Assembly (NCBI GenBank): GCA_050731715.1
Contig: JBOHPM010000002.1
Coordinates: 1 to 32,291, forward strand
Source of the DNA: Candidatus Rokuibacteriota bacterium
GTDB lineage: Bacteria > Methylomirabilota > Methylomirabilia > Rokubacteriales > CSP1-6
Direction of reading: 5' to 3'
Length of the DNA: 32,291 nucleotides
A program made the translations under genes and the position numbers. The notes under the pieces were generated by a model. It made no database searches and was not told where the DNA came from. It saw only the letters and a program-made list of their open reading frames with translations. The stretch's first letter is position 1. The number at the start of each line of letters is the position of its first letter. Shown piece by piece: positions 22,862 to 31,569 of the stretch.

Positions 22862-25365
22862 GGTGGCGTCCCTCCTTGGACGTCGGCTGCGAGGAGCTTG
22901 TCGAGGGCCGCGTCGACACGGCCGCCGGTTTCCTCGAGTGCGGCGTTCCAGCGGCCAGTATCGGCAGGGTGCGTGGTCGCGACCCAGTACGTTGCGGGAT
23001 CAGGGATGATACGGACCATGCACCGCCCGCCCGGCGTGACGAGCATGGCCTCCGAGTAGCGACCGGGGACGTTGGTCGCGCTCGCGAGGGCCTGGAGGTG
23101 CTGCTCGCTGAAGCCGAGCGCGTCCTTCATGCGCTTGAGCGCATCGAGCTCCTGGCGCAGGAAGATGCGGTTCGGGCAATTGTCGCGGATCGCCTGCCCG
23201 GCGGGCCCGTCGAAGTCCGTGAGGAACTGACTGATGAAGACCGCGGAGGTCCCGAGCTTGCGGTACGTCCGGGCGATCAGCGCGAGGATGTTCGCCCCGT
23301 ACTCCGACTTGAGGATGGCCCACGCCTCGTCGACGAAGATGAACTTCCGCTGCTCGCGCGGACGTCGGCCGAAGAACGTCGTCACCAGGTGGAGCAGCGC
23401 CATGACGAAGACGGCCTGGAGCGACGGCGTCCGCTCCAGTTCCTTGAGCTCGATGACCGTCAGCCCGGGCCGGATGACAAGGCCGTTCGGGCCGTCGAAA
23501 TAGCGCCCCAGGGGGTTGCCGCGCAGGTAGGGGGCGATCATACGCACGAGGCGGAGGCCCAGGCGATCGACGTCGTAGTCGGGGTGCTTCAGGAACTGGA
23601 CAACGTCGGTGATGGTGATCTCCTGGTTGCCTTCGACGCTGGCAAAGGCCTGGGAGACCACGGACGTGAGGATCCCGAACTGCTCCGGGTCGAGGCGGAA
23701 GCGCTCCCGTCCGCCGGAGGCCATCTCGGCGAGCACGTTGGCGACGAACATCTGGTGATCGGCGTCGCCCGGGCCGAAGCACGGGTTGAGGGTGACAACG
23801 TTGTTGGGATCGACCGCGAGGTACTGTCCGCCGACGAGCTCCGCGAGGCGGCGGTAGCTGTCACCCTTGTCGAGGACCACGATGTCGGCGCCGAGCGAGA
23901 GGTGCTGGAGGATCATGTCGATCGCTGTGAAGCTCTTGCCGGAGCCGGTGACGCCCGAGACGGCGACGTGCATACCGACCGAGGAGTCGAACGGATCGAA
24001 GAAGATCGGCGAGCCTGTGCGCCCGAGGAAGATCTGCGCGGGCGTCCTGGTGCCCGCATACCCGCCGTAGAGCGGGACGAGGTCGGCCAGGTTCTGGCTC
24101 AAGAGGGTCCGCGCCCGCCGGCTGTTGCTCTCGAGTTCCGGGTCGTACCCGAACGGCAGGCTCTCGATCCACGACATCAGCGTGATCGCCTGCTCGACGC
24201 TGGCCCGGCACTGGAGCTGCGCGAGCGCCGAGAGCAGCTGCCCCGTGCGGCTCTGGAGCCGGTCGGCCCGCTCGAGGACGACGAAGTGGAACGCGGTGCG
24301 ACAGAGGCGGAGGCCGGCCGAGAAGGCCTGGTCGGTGAGGGCGCCGAGTTCCTCGTGGATGCGCGCAGCCTCGACGCGCTGGTCGCCCAGAAGCCCGAAG
24401 CGCTGGCTGAACGCGAAGAAGCGCTTCCGGTTGATCCAGGACCGCGCGGACTCGGGGTCGAGGACCGAGCCGGCAAGCGTCATCCAGCCGAAGCCCGGAC
24501 GGCGGAGCAGCGTGCTCGGCGTGCCGGGCTCGGGGCTCAGCGTGAAGTGCCCCGGGCGCGTTGCGGGCGGGAGGCCCAGGAGCGAGACGACGTGCCCCTC
24601 GAGCGGCCCCAACGCGAATCCGTCCGGCCGGAAGACCGCGGCGCTCTCGGCGACCTGCTGGTTCATCGGGCGGCGGCAGTCCCATGTGGGGGGCTCATGC
24701 GACGAGCCCGGATTCAGGAGTCTCCACAGGATCTCCAGGAGCCGCTGGCCGTCGATCGGTCTCGCCTCGACCCCGAGCGTGCGTGCGAGAACGTTGGCGT
24801 GCTCGCTGAGCCGGCTCATCACCAGGACTGCCTCATCGCGATCGCGGCGGGCGAGTTCGAACCCATCGAACGGCGCGAAGCCGCGAAGCCGGCGACGCCA
24901 TCCGCGCTGCCGGCTGTTCGCCGGCCACCAACGGAGCGTAAGCACCACGCACAGCGTCTTCGGGGCAAAGAGGTGGTCGTCGACGAGTGTGCGGTAGTGC
25001 CGCTCGCGGGCCGCGACGATGCGCGACGTCAGTGGCGAAGCCTCCCTGATCGTCTTCCAGGCGGTGAGCGCCGTGTCGAACGCTGGCGACTGGAGCAGCA
25101 GGACCTGGAACGCGGCGTCCGTTGGAATCTGGTGGAGGAAGTGCTGGATCGCACGGTGCGCCGACTCGGTGGCGCCGGAGTCGAGAAGCTCGACATCGGC
25201 CATCGACAGTTCCCAGCTCAGCCCGAGGCTGCCGTCCGCGAGCACGTGGATCGGCAGGTAGTGCTGCTGCTCGACCCACCGCCACGGCAGGAGGTCCGTG
25301 AGCGGCGGGTCGTCAGTCTTGAGCGTCCGGATCCCGTCCCACGTCCAGCGAGCCGCGGTCGTCAT
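22858..25365 (-). CDS. traC: F-type T4SS ATPase TraC (VirB4 family)
   Basis: Walker A VSGVTGSGKSF, Walker B KFIFVDEAWAIL, and TSAVFISQ. N-terminus LTDLLPWRWVEQQ...LGLSWEL is TraC-like. Preferred start ATG 25365 (MTTAARW...) overlaps the traV stop (ATGA), giving 835 aa. The 85-aa Arg/Gly-rich extension in the track ORF is rejected. Confidence 0.95.
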   Translation of the reverse strand: MTTAARWTWDGIRTLKTDDPPLTDLLPWRWVEQQHYLPIHVLADGSLGLSWELSMADVELLDSGATESAHRAIQHFLHQIPTDAAFQVLLLQSPAFDTALTAWKTIREASPLTSRIVAARERHYRTLVDDHLFAPKTLCVVLTLRWWPANSRQRGWRRRLRGFAPFDGFELARRDRDEAVLVMSRLSEHANVLARTLGVEARPIDGQRLLEILWRLLNPGSSHEPPTWDCRRPMNQQVAESAAVFRPDGFALGPLEGHVVSLLGLPPATRPGHFTLSPEPGTPSTLLRRPGFGWMTLAGSVLDPESARSWINRKRFFAFSQRFGLLGDQRVEAARIHEELGALTDQAFSAGLRLCRTAFHFVVLERADRLQSRTGQLLSALAQLQCRASVEQAITLMSWIESLPFGYDPELESNSRRARTLLSQNLADLVPLYGGYAGTRTPAQIFLGRTGSPIFFDPFDSSVGMHVAVSGVTGSGKSFTAIDMILQHLSLGADIVVLDKGDSYRRLAELVGGQYLAVDPNNVVTLNPCFGPGDADHQMFVANVLAEMASGGRERFRLDPEQFGILTSVVSQAFASVEGNQEITITDVVQFLKHPDYDVDRLGLRLVRMIAPYLRGNPLGRYFDGPNGLVIRPGLTVIELKELERTPSLQAVFVMALLHLVTTFFGRRPREQRKFIFVDEAWAILKSEYGANILALIARTYRKLGTSAVFISQFLTDFDGPAGQAIRDNCPNRIFLRQELDALKRMKDALGFSEQHLQALASATNVPGRYSEAMLVTPGGRCMVRIIPDPATYWVATTHPADTGRWNAALEETGGRVDAALDKLLAADVQGGTPP

Positions 25366-25910
25366 GGCCGGGGGGCCGTCTTTCCCGGCCGGATCGCGGG
25401 CGCCACCGCTGGCGGTGAGGTGCCGGCCGCCGGGGCCGCCGTCTCCGGAATCGGCTCGAGCGGACCGTGCGGCGTAGGCGCCTTCGGGTCGACCGTCCAC
25501 GGCACCACCGTGCGGCGGCCCGCCGGGATCGGCGCTGGCCAGGGCGGCGGCGTCGCGTCGGGCGGTACCGCCACGCCGAGGCCGTTCGCGCGGAGCGGCT
25601 GCTCGACGAACCACTGCCACGTCTTGATCGGGACGAAGACCCAGTGCCCCTGGACGAGGTTGCCGTCCTCGGTGACGTGCGTCGGTACCCAGATGCGGCG
25701 CACATCGGGTGGGACGACGAGCGGCATGTAGGGCGCCTGGTAACCGAAGCCGTGCTGCGCCGCCGCGGTCGGGGGCGGGCCGGTCGGAGCGGCGGTTTCC
25801 GCGACCGCGAGGGCCTCGTGCATGGAGGGCGAGGGTGTGGTCGTCGTGGCGCAGGCCGCGAGGGAGAGGCCAGCGACGACCAGGGCCGCCGTCAGTCGAG
25901 CGTACGCCAT
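25362..25910 (-). CDS. traV: F-type T4SS outer-membrane lipoprotein TraV
   Basis: Start ATG 25910 with GGGAGA 6 nt upstream. Canonical lipobox MAYARLTAALVVAGLSLAAC. C-terminal RRIWVPTHVTEDGNLVQGHWVFVPIKTWQW matches the F TraV C-terminal motif. Pro-rich tail. The rest of track ORF 25362..26282 is an off-gene extension. Confidence 0.8.
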   Translation of the reverse strand: MAYARLTAALVVAGLSLAACATTTTPSPSMHEALAVAETAAPTGPPPTAAAQHGFGYQAPYMPLVVPPDVRRIWVPTHVTEDGNLVQGHWVFVPIKTWQWFVEQPLRANGLGVAVPPDATPPPWPAPIPAGRRTVVPWTVDPKAPTPHGPLEPIPETAAPAAGTSPPAVAPAIRPGKTAPRP

Positions 25911-27058
25911 GGGTTGTCTCCCGCCGCCTGGACGAGGGGAAGGCCTTCGATCGTCACGCCGTTCTGGATGACGGCCGCGCCGGTGATGCCGGCGCGGACG
26001 AAGATGACGGGCACGAGCGTCTCGAGCTGCCGCTCGAAGAAGCGCGACATGCGCTCGGCGGTCGTGGCGAGTCCCTGGAGGGCGGCGAACTGAGCGGTGT
26101 TCCCTGCGACGGTCGTCTGGGTGCCGCCGAGCGGGGTCGTGGTGATGGTCGTCTCCGCCTGGGCGAGCGCGGCCGCGCCGCCCTGGATGAACGCCGAGAG
26201 TGCGACCTTGGCGAGGAACGAGCCGGTGTGCTCGATGATCTCGCCCGGAATGCCCAAGACGCCGTCCGGGCCGCTGACCCATCCCGCGAGCGGCGCGGTG
26301 AAGACCCGTCCGTCGGGCAGCGTGCAGGACAACTGGTCGAGCTGGAGAATCGCGCGGCGGCTCACGTAGTCCCCGACGGCCTTCGCAATCGCCACGCAGC
26401 GCTCGACAGGCACGCGGTACCGGTTCGGCGCGAACGCGGCCTCGTTGAAGTGCAGCAGGACCGGGAACGGCTGGCTTCCCCGTACCGGCGCGTAGACACC
26501 TGAGAGCAGCGTCGCGGAGAGAAAGCTACCAGCGGGAAGGTGAACCATCTTGACCGACGGTGCCGGCGCCGCGGCGCGGCTCGGCGGCGGCAGGGGGCCC
26601 TCGACGATCTTGAAACGAGTGAGCCGGGGCGGTGCGGGAGTGGCAGGCGGCTCCAGCGGGCGGACCTGCGGCGGCTCGACCGGCCGCGGCGGCACGCGCG
26701 GAACGTCGCCGAAGATGCGGCTGAGGTCCTCGGGCTGCCCTGACGGCTTGGGCTTGGCCGCGGCCTCCCTCTGCTGGTCGTCGAATTTCTTCCGAAGCTC
26801 CTCGAAGCGGTTCAAGAGCTTCCCGTACTCCTCGCGCAGGCGGTGGACCTCGCCCTGCAGTTGCACCTCGGGGGAGAGGAGCCGCGGTCCAGGCGCGTCG
26901 CCTCCGCTCGGCCGCTGCGTAGCCTGGCGTGGCCTGCCCGCGTCCGGGCCCGGCAGGACGCTCCAGACGACGAACGCCAGCAGCGCGCCGAGAGCGAGCC
27001 CCACGCCCGGCCGCTGGCGGATCAATGCCCAGAGACGCCGGAGGACTTCGCGACTCAT
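25892..27058 (-). CDS. traB: F-type T4SS TraB (VirB10/TrbI-like core protein)
   Basis: Preferred ATG 27058 overlaps the traK stop (ATGA). It has an N-terminal TM (GVGLALGALLAFVVWSVL), a coiled coil, a Pro-rich linker, then the TrbI-like domain LPAGSFLSATLLSGVYAP...PVLL...VERCVAIAKAVGDYVSRRAILQLDQLSC...GWVSGPDGVLGIPG. Confidence 0.9.
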   Translation of the reverse strand: MSREVLRRLWALIRQRPGVGLALGALLAFVVWSVLPGPDAGRPRQATQRPSGGDAPGPRLLSPEVQLQGEVHRLREEYGKLLNRFEELRKKFDDQQREAAAKPKPSGQPEDLSRIFGDVPRVPPRPVEPPQVRPLEPPATPAPPRLTRFKIVEGPLPPPSRAAAPAPSVKMVHLPAGSFLSATLLSGVYAPVRGSQPFPVLLHFNEAAFAPNRYRVPVERCVAIAKAVGDYVSRRAILQLDQLSCTLPDGRVFTAPLAGWVSGPDGVLGIPGEIIEHTGSFLAKVALSAFIQGGAAALAQAETTITTTPLGGTQTTVAGNTAQFAALQGLATTAERMSRFFERQLETLVPVIFVRAGITGAAVIQNGVTIEGLPLVQAAGDNPWRTLD

Positions 27059-27861
27059 TCCGGGATCCGGACGAGGTAAACCTTCATCTTCTGCTGCGCC
27101 GCAAGGGCGTCTTCCGGTTTCGTCTGGCGGGGAGCGAGGCTCTCGCGCTCGGCGTGGACGGCAAGGAGCCCAGGGAAGTGGAGGGACTCGAGCGCGAGCC
27201 GGAGCCACTGGTCGGTGAGGTTCTCGGCCTCGAGGACAAGACCCTCGTACCGCGGCGCTTTCCAGGTGGCGAGTGTGCGCAGTACGAGAACCGAATCGTT
27301 GTACGCGACGAACGGCTGCGGGTTGCGCGTCACCGAGACGCCGGGCTCCTGGACACCCAGGATCATGGCCCGCATGAGGCGGAGCGGGGTTAAAGCGCCA
27401 CCGCTATCCGGCATCGCGCCGGGCGAGCGGCTCCCGGCGGCCGAACCGGGCACGATACGCACCGCGAGGTCTGCCTGCTCGGGCGCGACGGAGCGCGCGA
27501 GGAGCGGGACCTGGTCGTCGTTGGCGAGGATGACGAAGATCTCGCCGGCGTAGTCGGGAACGAGCGGCGAGAGAAAGAGACGGCTGGCGACCGTCTCGAG
27601 CGTGAGCGTCTCCTTGCTCGCGGTTGTGACGATCGAGGTGATGGCGGCCGGGAACACAATCGCCGTCGTTCGACCGACGGCCAGGTTCACGGTGACCGGC
27701 TGGCCCGTCCATGGGGCCAAACGCACTGTCGGGAGCTGAGGACCTGCCGCGAGTTCCTGCGCCGGCGCGGCGGTGGTAAGCGACGCGACGAGCGCGACCA
27801 TACCGATCCCGACACGAAGTGGCCTCGACAGTTGCATCCGCCGGTCCTTCTCTCTTCTCAC
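27055..27861 (-). CDS. traK: F-type T4SS TraK (VirB9-like / secretin-N0-like core protein)
   Basis: Signal peptide ...VGIGMVALVASLTTAAPAQ. The C-terminal block TWKAPRYEGLVLEAENLTDQWLRLALESLHFPGLLAVHA...KVYLV parallels F TraK [39 protein letters not shown]...DVYVI. The start is either GTG 27861 or, more likely, ATG 27837 with a GAGAAGGA SD. Confidence 0.85.
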   Translation of the reverse strand: MRREKDRRMQLSRPLRVGIGMVALVASLTTAAPAQELAAGPQLPTVRLAPWTGQPVTVNLAVGRTTAIVFPAAITSIVTTASKETLTLETVASRLFLSPLVPDYAGEIFVILANDDQVPLLARSVAPEQADLAVRIVPGSAAGSRSPGAMPDSGGALTPLRLMRAMILGVQEPGVSVTRNPQPFVAYNDSVLVLRTLATWKAPRYEGLVLEAENLTDQWLRLALESLHFPGLLAVHAERESLAPRQTKPEDALAAQQKMKVYLVRIPE

Positions 27862-27865
27862 GCCG

Positions 27866-28504
27866 TCAGGAGCTCTGGTCGGGTGCGGTCGGCGGCGTAG
27901 ACTTGGGGGGCCGCCCGACGCTCACGCGAGCGATGGCGAGCCCGGCGGGGTTGGCATCTGAGGGCCTCGCCCGCACGATGTCGAACTCGTAGGCGATGTC
28001 CTCCTCGGTCATCAGCGTGGCGCGGCTCCAGCTCAGGCGGTGCCCCGAGACGCGCACCGTCCATCGATCGGCCGTGGAAGCGACAACGAGGCTGTCGCGA
28101 ACAGTGAAGCTCGTTGTCAGCTGGCGCTCCTCGATCGACTGCAGATCGGCCGCTGCCTGGGCGGCAAGCTGGCGCTGGAGGCCCGGCGTCATGTGGACGC
28201 GCATTCGGTCGTAGCTCTGGCGCGCGGTTGCCGGCATGAGATTCCCGAACACGAGCGCGATCTGGCCCGCGAAGGCTTCGACCAGCTCCGGCGGGACACG
28301 ATCGGCACGCGCCAGCCCGCCGACCGCCATCCCGCGTGAACCGGCGAAGAAGTAGACGGGAGCCGGCCGCGACGCCTGGAAGACGAGAAGCGCGATCAGC
28401 GCAAGGCATGCGGTGCCTAGCAGGAGCGCGCTGACCCGCCAGCGCCCGGCCTCCGCTTCCAGTTGTGCGCGCCACTCGAAATAGCTCGGACGTGTCACCG
28501 CCAC
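27866..28504 (-). CDS. traE: F-type T4SS TraE (bitopic inner-membrane protein)
   Basis: Single N-terminal TM (WRVSALLLGTACLALIALLVF) and a periplasmic domain with TraE-like layout (EAFAGQIALVFGNL...TSFTVRDSLVV...WTVRVSGHRLSW). GTG start at 28504 or 28498, the latter in a GTGA overlap with the traL stop. Confidence 0.8.
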   Translation of the reverse strand: MAVTRPSYFEWRAQLEAEAGRWRVSALLLGTACLALIALLVFQASRPAPVYFFAGSRGMAVGGLARADRVPPELVEAFAGQIALVFGNLMPATARQSYDRMRVHMTPGLQRQLAAQAAADLQSIEERQLTTSFTVRDSLVVASTADRWTVRVSGHRLSWSRATLMTEEDIAYEFDIVRARPSDANPAGLAIARVSVGRPPKSTPPTAPDQSS

Positions 28505-28782
28505 GGCGAGTACCTCTGCCCCGGTGTCGGTGGCGCCTGGGGCCAGCCGGGCAGGGGAAAACCGAGGAGCCAGAACGCGTGGCGCAAGGCGCCGGGAGGG
28601 CGCCCGCGCTTGGCCAGGCGAATGCCGAGCATCGCGAAGACACCCGCTGCGACACCGGCGAACGGCGTCGAGAGGACGTAGATGATGACGGCGAGGCTGC
28701 CGATCAGCGTCCAGTCCTCACCATCGAGGCCGAGCACCCGGATGGGTTCGTCGACGGTGCGGGGGCAGTGATGCTCTAGCAT
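28495..28782 (-). CDS. traL: F-type T4SS TraL (VirB3-like)
   Basis: 95 aa starting at ATG 28782, which overlaps the pilin TAG. MLEHHCPRTVDEPIRVLGLDGEDWTLIGSLAVIIYVLSTPFAGVAAGVFAMLGIRLAKRGRPPGALRHAFWLLG matches the TraL pattern (P.yLD.P.r.l....DE ... K.G.P.G.l.H..YW.G). The rest of track ORF 28495..29250 is off-gene. Confidence 0.8.
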   Translation of the reverse strand: MLEHHCPRTVDEPIRVLGLDGEDWTLIGSLAVIIYVLSTPFAGVAAGVFAMLGIRLAKRGRPPGALRHAFWLLGFPLPGWPQAPPTPGQRYSPWR

Positions 28783-29135
28783 CCGGTCCCGGCACCCGCG
28801 GCGCTCGCGAAGAGCGTTCGGACTATGTCCGCCGAGAAGGCGATGACGAAGGCCGCGACGAACGAGGCGACGCCTAGCCCGAGGTTGCGGGCGATGACGC
28901 TGGCGGCGCCGAAGATGATGAGACCGATCGCGATGACCTTTCCGACGGGCCCGCTCAGGTAGCCCCAGACGGTGCCGAGGAGCTTGTTGAAGCCCTCGAT
29001 GCCGACCGTCTGCGAGCAGTCGATGCCTGTCTGCGCGAAGGCCGGGGCGGTCCAGACCGCCCAGGCGAGGAGCAGCGCGATGACGATCGAGACGGTCCAC
29101 CGCTGATGCAACGAGTCGTCTGGCACCCGGTTCAT
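28776..29135 (-). CDS. traA: T4SS pilin precursor (TraA / VirB2 / TrbC family)
   Basis: 119 aa. Long leader ending TAPAFA-QT, then two hydrophobic helices (GPVGKVIAIGLIIFGAASVIA; LGVASFVAAFVIAFSADIV) and a short Gly/Ala tail. Located directly upstream of traL, as in F-like operons. ATGA overlap with the upstream stop. Confidence 0.75.
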   Translation of the reverse strand: MNRVPDDSLHQRWTVSIVIALLLAWAVWTAPAFAQTGIDCSQTVGIEGFNKLLGTVWGYLSGPVGKVIAIGLIIFGAASVIARNLGLGVASFVAAFVIAFSADIVRTLFASAAGAGTGC

Positions 29136-29545
29136 GGCCGTGGCTCCTTGTGTGGAAGCGCCGAAGGCGTCCGCGGCTGGCGCTGATGAGATAGCCCGTC
29201 GTACAGGTACTGCCCCGTGATCTCGACGGGCAGGTGCGGCCCGGGCTCACGTGAGTCCGGCACGAGGAACCGCTGGAGACCTACGCTGATCGTCCTTAGC
29301 TCCGCGAGGAACCGTTCGGTATCGAACGTCCCGACTCGGCCATACTGGCCTGCCTGCTGCGCGAGCTGCTCGGCGCGAGCGAGACTCGCAAGGGCCTGCG
29401 CGAGGTAGATGCGCGCGGCGGCGTCCGATGGAACGACGTGGACCTGAGGCGCGCCGCGCTTCAGCGGCGGGTCCGAGGCAGACATTCTCGGAACGGCCAC
29501 CAGCGACAGGCCCAGGAGGACACCCACCAGACGGCGTCCGCTCAC
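29132..29545 (-). CDS. Hypothetical secreted protein (about 137 aa)
   Basis: In-frame GTG 29545 lies 4 nt after the upstream stop and gives VSGRRLVGVLLGLSLVAVPRMSA..., which looks like a signal peptide. The Arg-rich extension of the track ORF (to 29692) overlaps the upstream gene and is rejected. No family recognised; start uncertain. Confidence 0.5.
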   Translation of the reverse strand: MSGRRLVGVLLGLSLVAVPRMSASDPPLKRGAPQVHVVPSDAAARIYLAQALASLARAEQLAQQAGQYGRVGTFDTERFLAELRTISVGLQRFLVPDSREPGPHLPVEITGQYLYDGLSHQRQPRTPSALPHKEPRP

Positions 29546-29549
29546 GGAA

Positions 29550-29996
29550 TCACCGGGACGGTGCCGGGCTCGAGGTCGGGGTCGGCGACGTTGGCTTCGG
29601 CGCGGCCGTTGGGTTCTTGGTCGGAGCCGATCGCTCGGGAGCAGGCTTGGGAGACTGAACCGCGGGCTCCAGCCGCTGGAACGCGCGCTCAACGCTCGCC
29701 AGGAGGACCTCGAGCGAGCGCTGCAGAGCGGCCACTTGCAAACGGAGCTTCGCGAGTTCCTGGGCCCGCTGGTCGTGACGGGCTTCGGGCGATCCCTGCA
29801 CCCGGCCGGCCGTGCCTTCTCGCTCCGGGGCCGCGGCGGCAGGCGCCGACTGGATGCGGCGGATGACCGCCGCCCTCGCCCCGTGCTCGTCGAGCGCTAG
29901 CTCCGTGGCGAGGGCGGGCGCCAGAGCGAGCGTCAACAAGGAGAGGAGCTCGGCAGCCGCAAGGACAAGTGCGACGCTGCGGGCGCGTCTGTTCAT
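29550..29996 (-). CDS. Hypothetical secreted coiled-coil protein with Pro/Thr/Ala-rich tail (148 aa)
   Basis: ATG 29996 with GAGGAG 6 nt upstream. Signal peptide MNRRARSVALVLAAAELLSLLTLALAPALA, coiled-coil segment (AQELAKLRLQVAALQRSLEVLLASVERAFQRLE), and tail PKPAPERSAPTKNPTAAPKPTSPTPTSSPAP. Confidence 0.6.
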   Translation of the reverse strand: MNRRARSVALVLAAAELLSLLTLALAPALATELALDEHGARAAVIRRIQSAPAAAAPEREGTAGRVQGSPEARHDQRAQELAKLRLQVAALQRSLEVLLASVERAFQRLEPAVQSPKPAPERSAPTKNPTAAPKPTSPTPTSSPAPSR

Positions 29997-30111
29997 CTGC
30001 CACTCCTCTGTGCTGGCTGACTTCGCTGGGTTCCGGCGGGTCGCCGGGCCGGTCACGGACATCGCGTGCAGCGTAGCCGGCGGCCCTGGGATCGACGCGA
30101 AGCAAACTAGG

Positions 30112-31092
30112 TCAGCGAGAGGGAGCCGGCTGCGCTCCAAGCGCGTACCCGCCGACGGGATAGAAGAAGCTGCGGCCTGCGAATGAGATCGTGACCCCGT
30201 TCTCTTCGATGGTCGTAACCGCGAAGTCGGGGAGCTTCTGGCCTTCGTGAACCTTGAACCAACTGCGGTTGTCACCGTCGCCGGTTTCGATCCAGGCTTC
30301 CTTCGGCTCGAACGTCACGATTCGCACACGCATCCGGGGCGGCCCCGGAGGCACTGGCGACTCAGCGGCCAGCGATTGCGCCGAACGCCCCGCGGGAATC
30401 GGGGGGATTGCCGGTTCGCGCGCCAGCCGCTCCGGCGAACTCGCTTCCTTCTTCGACTGGGCCGCTCGGCTCTCCTGCTTGAAGAGCCGCCTGGGGTTCT
30501 TGCGTAACTCGTCGGCCTCGAGTTCCGCCTTCAGCTTCTTGAGCTTCAGCTCGGCAGTCTGGGCCCGGAGGTTCTCGACCGTCGCCTCGTGCGACGCCTC
30601 GGCGATCTCGTTGTATGGTCTGCGCCCTGCGGCACCGCTCTCCTGACCGGCGGCGCCTGGCGCGGTCTCACGCGGATCGCGCGGGAGCGGCATGTGGAAC
30701 GTCGGCGCCTGGGCCTGCTCCGCGGGAGGCGAGCCCCGACCGTGCGACAGCGCCGGAGCGGTCGAGGGCGAGGAGGTCGGCTCGCTCGTCACGGGCGGCG
30801 GGGCGGCCTGCGGCGCGGATCCCTCCGGCGTCAGTGCAGTGCGACCCTGTGGCAGGAGGCTCGGCAGTACGAAGTCCTCGCCGCGGCCGCGGCCCCAGCT
30901 GAAGTAGACCGCGCCCAGGCCCACGGCGAGGATCCCGAAGACGAGGGTCGTCCTCAGCGAACGCTGTCGCCACGGCGAGGGACTGCGTTTGCCTTCGGCG
31001 TCTGGCTCGCGGTCCCCGCCGGCCGGCGGGGCGGTATTCTCGGTGTCAAGCTCGAGGCTGTCGGGTGGTGGACGACGGAAGAAGCGAAACAT
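30112..31092 (-). CDS. Bitopic membrane protein, PilP / GspC-like (C-terminal beta domain)
   Basis: ATG 31092 with AAGGAGG 9 nt upstream. One TM (TTLVFGILAVGLGAVYF), a long Pro-rich and coiled-coil spacer, and C-terminus RVRIVTFEPKEAWIETGDGDNRSWFKVHEGQKLPDFAVTTIEENGVTISFAGRSFFYPVG. That C-terminus follows the PilP/GspC HR-domain pattern (..A.i......v..Gd.l.g..V..I....V.l). Family call from memory. Confidence 0.55.
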   Translation of the reverse strand: MFRFFRRPPPDSLELDTENTAPPAGGDREPDAEGKRSPSPWRQRSLRTTLVFGILAVGLGAVYFSWGRGRGEDFVLPSLLPQGRTALTPEGSAPQAAPPPVTSEPTSSPSTAPALSHGRGSPPAEQAQAPTFHMPLPRDPRETAPGAAGQESGAAGRRPYNEIAEASHEATVENLRAQTAELKLKKLKAELEADELRKNPRRLFKQESRAAQSKKEASSPERLAREPAIPPIPAGRSAQSLAAESPVPPGPPRMRVRIVTFEPKEAWIETGDGDNRSWFKVHEGQKLPDFAVTTIEENGVTISFAGRSFFYPVGGYALGAQPAPSR

Positions 31093-31110
31093 CGGTGCCG
31101 ACCTCCTTGC

Positions 31111-31569
31111 CTATGGGCCGAGCGCGACGGTGTGGAGAATTCCGGTCCGCCCATCCCAGTGGATCTGGATCAAGAGGAGGGCGTAGTCCTGCAGCGCGAT
31201 GTCGAGCCAGGCGACGGCCGCCGGGGGCGAAACGTCCGTCTGTATCGTGATCTTCATGGTCTCGCCGGCGAGCGGGGCCCACGGGTTGCCCTTGCGGGAA
31301 ATGGCCTCCAGCTGCGCGCGCGCCCGCAATGGCGTCGGCTGCGTGAACATTCCCCGGTCGAGCTGAACGAGAGTGTCGATGATCGCAGGCAGGGGTTGGG
31401 CGTCAGCGGCGACCGATTGCAGACGGTCGAGATCCCGCTGCGCGGCTGCGACCCGCGCTTCCGCCTCCAGGGCCCGACTGCGCACGGTTAGGGCGTCGGG
31501 CATCCGCGTCATGCCGGCGACACCGATCAGGAGCCCGAGGGCGATTCCTGTGATGGCCAGCCGATCCAT
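31111..31569 (-). CDS. Bitopic membrane protein, PilO / GspM-like
   Basis: ATG 31569 with GGAGGA 4 nt upstream. N-terminal TM (LAITGIALGLLIGVAGM), a coiled coil, and C-terminus PAAVAWLDIALQDYALLLIQIHWDGRTGILHTVAL, reminiscent of the GspM/PilO C-terminal domain. Confidence 0.5.
   Translation of the reverse strand: MDRLAITGIALGLLIGVAGMTRMPDALTVRSRALEAEARVAAAQRDLDRLQSVAADAQPLPAIIDTLVQLDRGMFTQPTPLRARAQLEAISRKGNPWAPLAGETMKITIQTDVSPPAAVAWLDIALQDYALLLIQIHWDGRTGILHTVALGP

Noticed and set aside
22876-25731. 951-aa plus-strand ORF, the second longest in the track
   Set aside because: It is exactly antisense to traC/traV, whose minus-strand products carry unambiguous VirB4 and TraV motifs. Its translation is Arg/Gly/Glu/Asp/Pro low-complexity with no motif. 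This is a typical shadow ORF of high-GC DNA. The same reasoning applies to 16701..17915 (+), 15188..16003 (+), 16037..16810 (+), 8771..9790 (+), 20872..21780 (+) and 140..775 (+).
22858-27208. Long N-terminal extensions of track ORFs: TraC 920 aa, TraB 438 aa, 306-aa ORF for TraV, 251-aa ORF for TraL, 533-aa ORF for the PBP-like protein
   Set aside because: The extensions overlap the 3' ends of upstream genes, are Arg/Gly/Pro-rich, and precede internal starts that have SD sequences or ATGA/GTGA coupling and give proper signal peptides or a lipobox.
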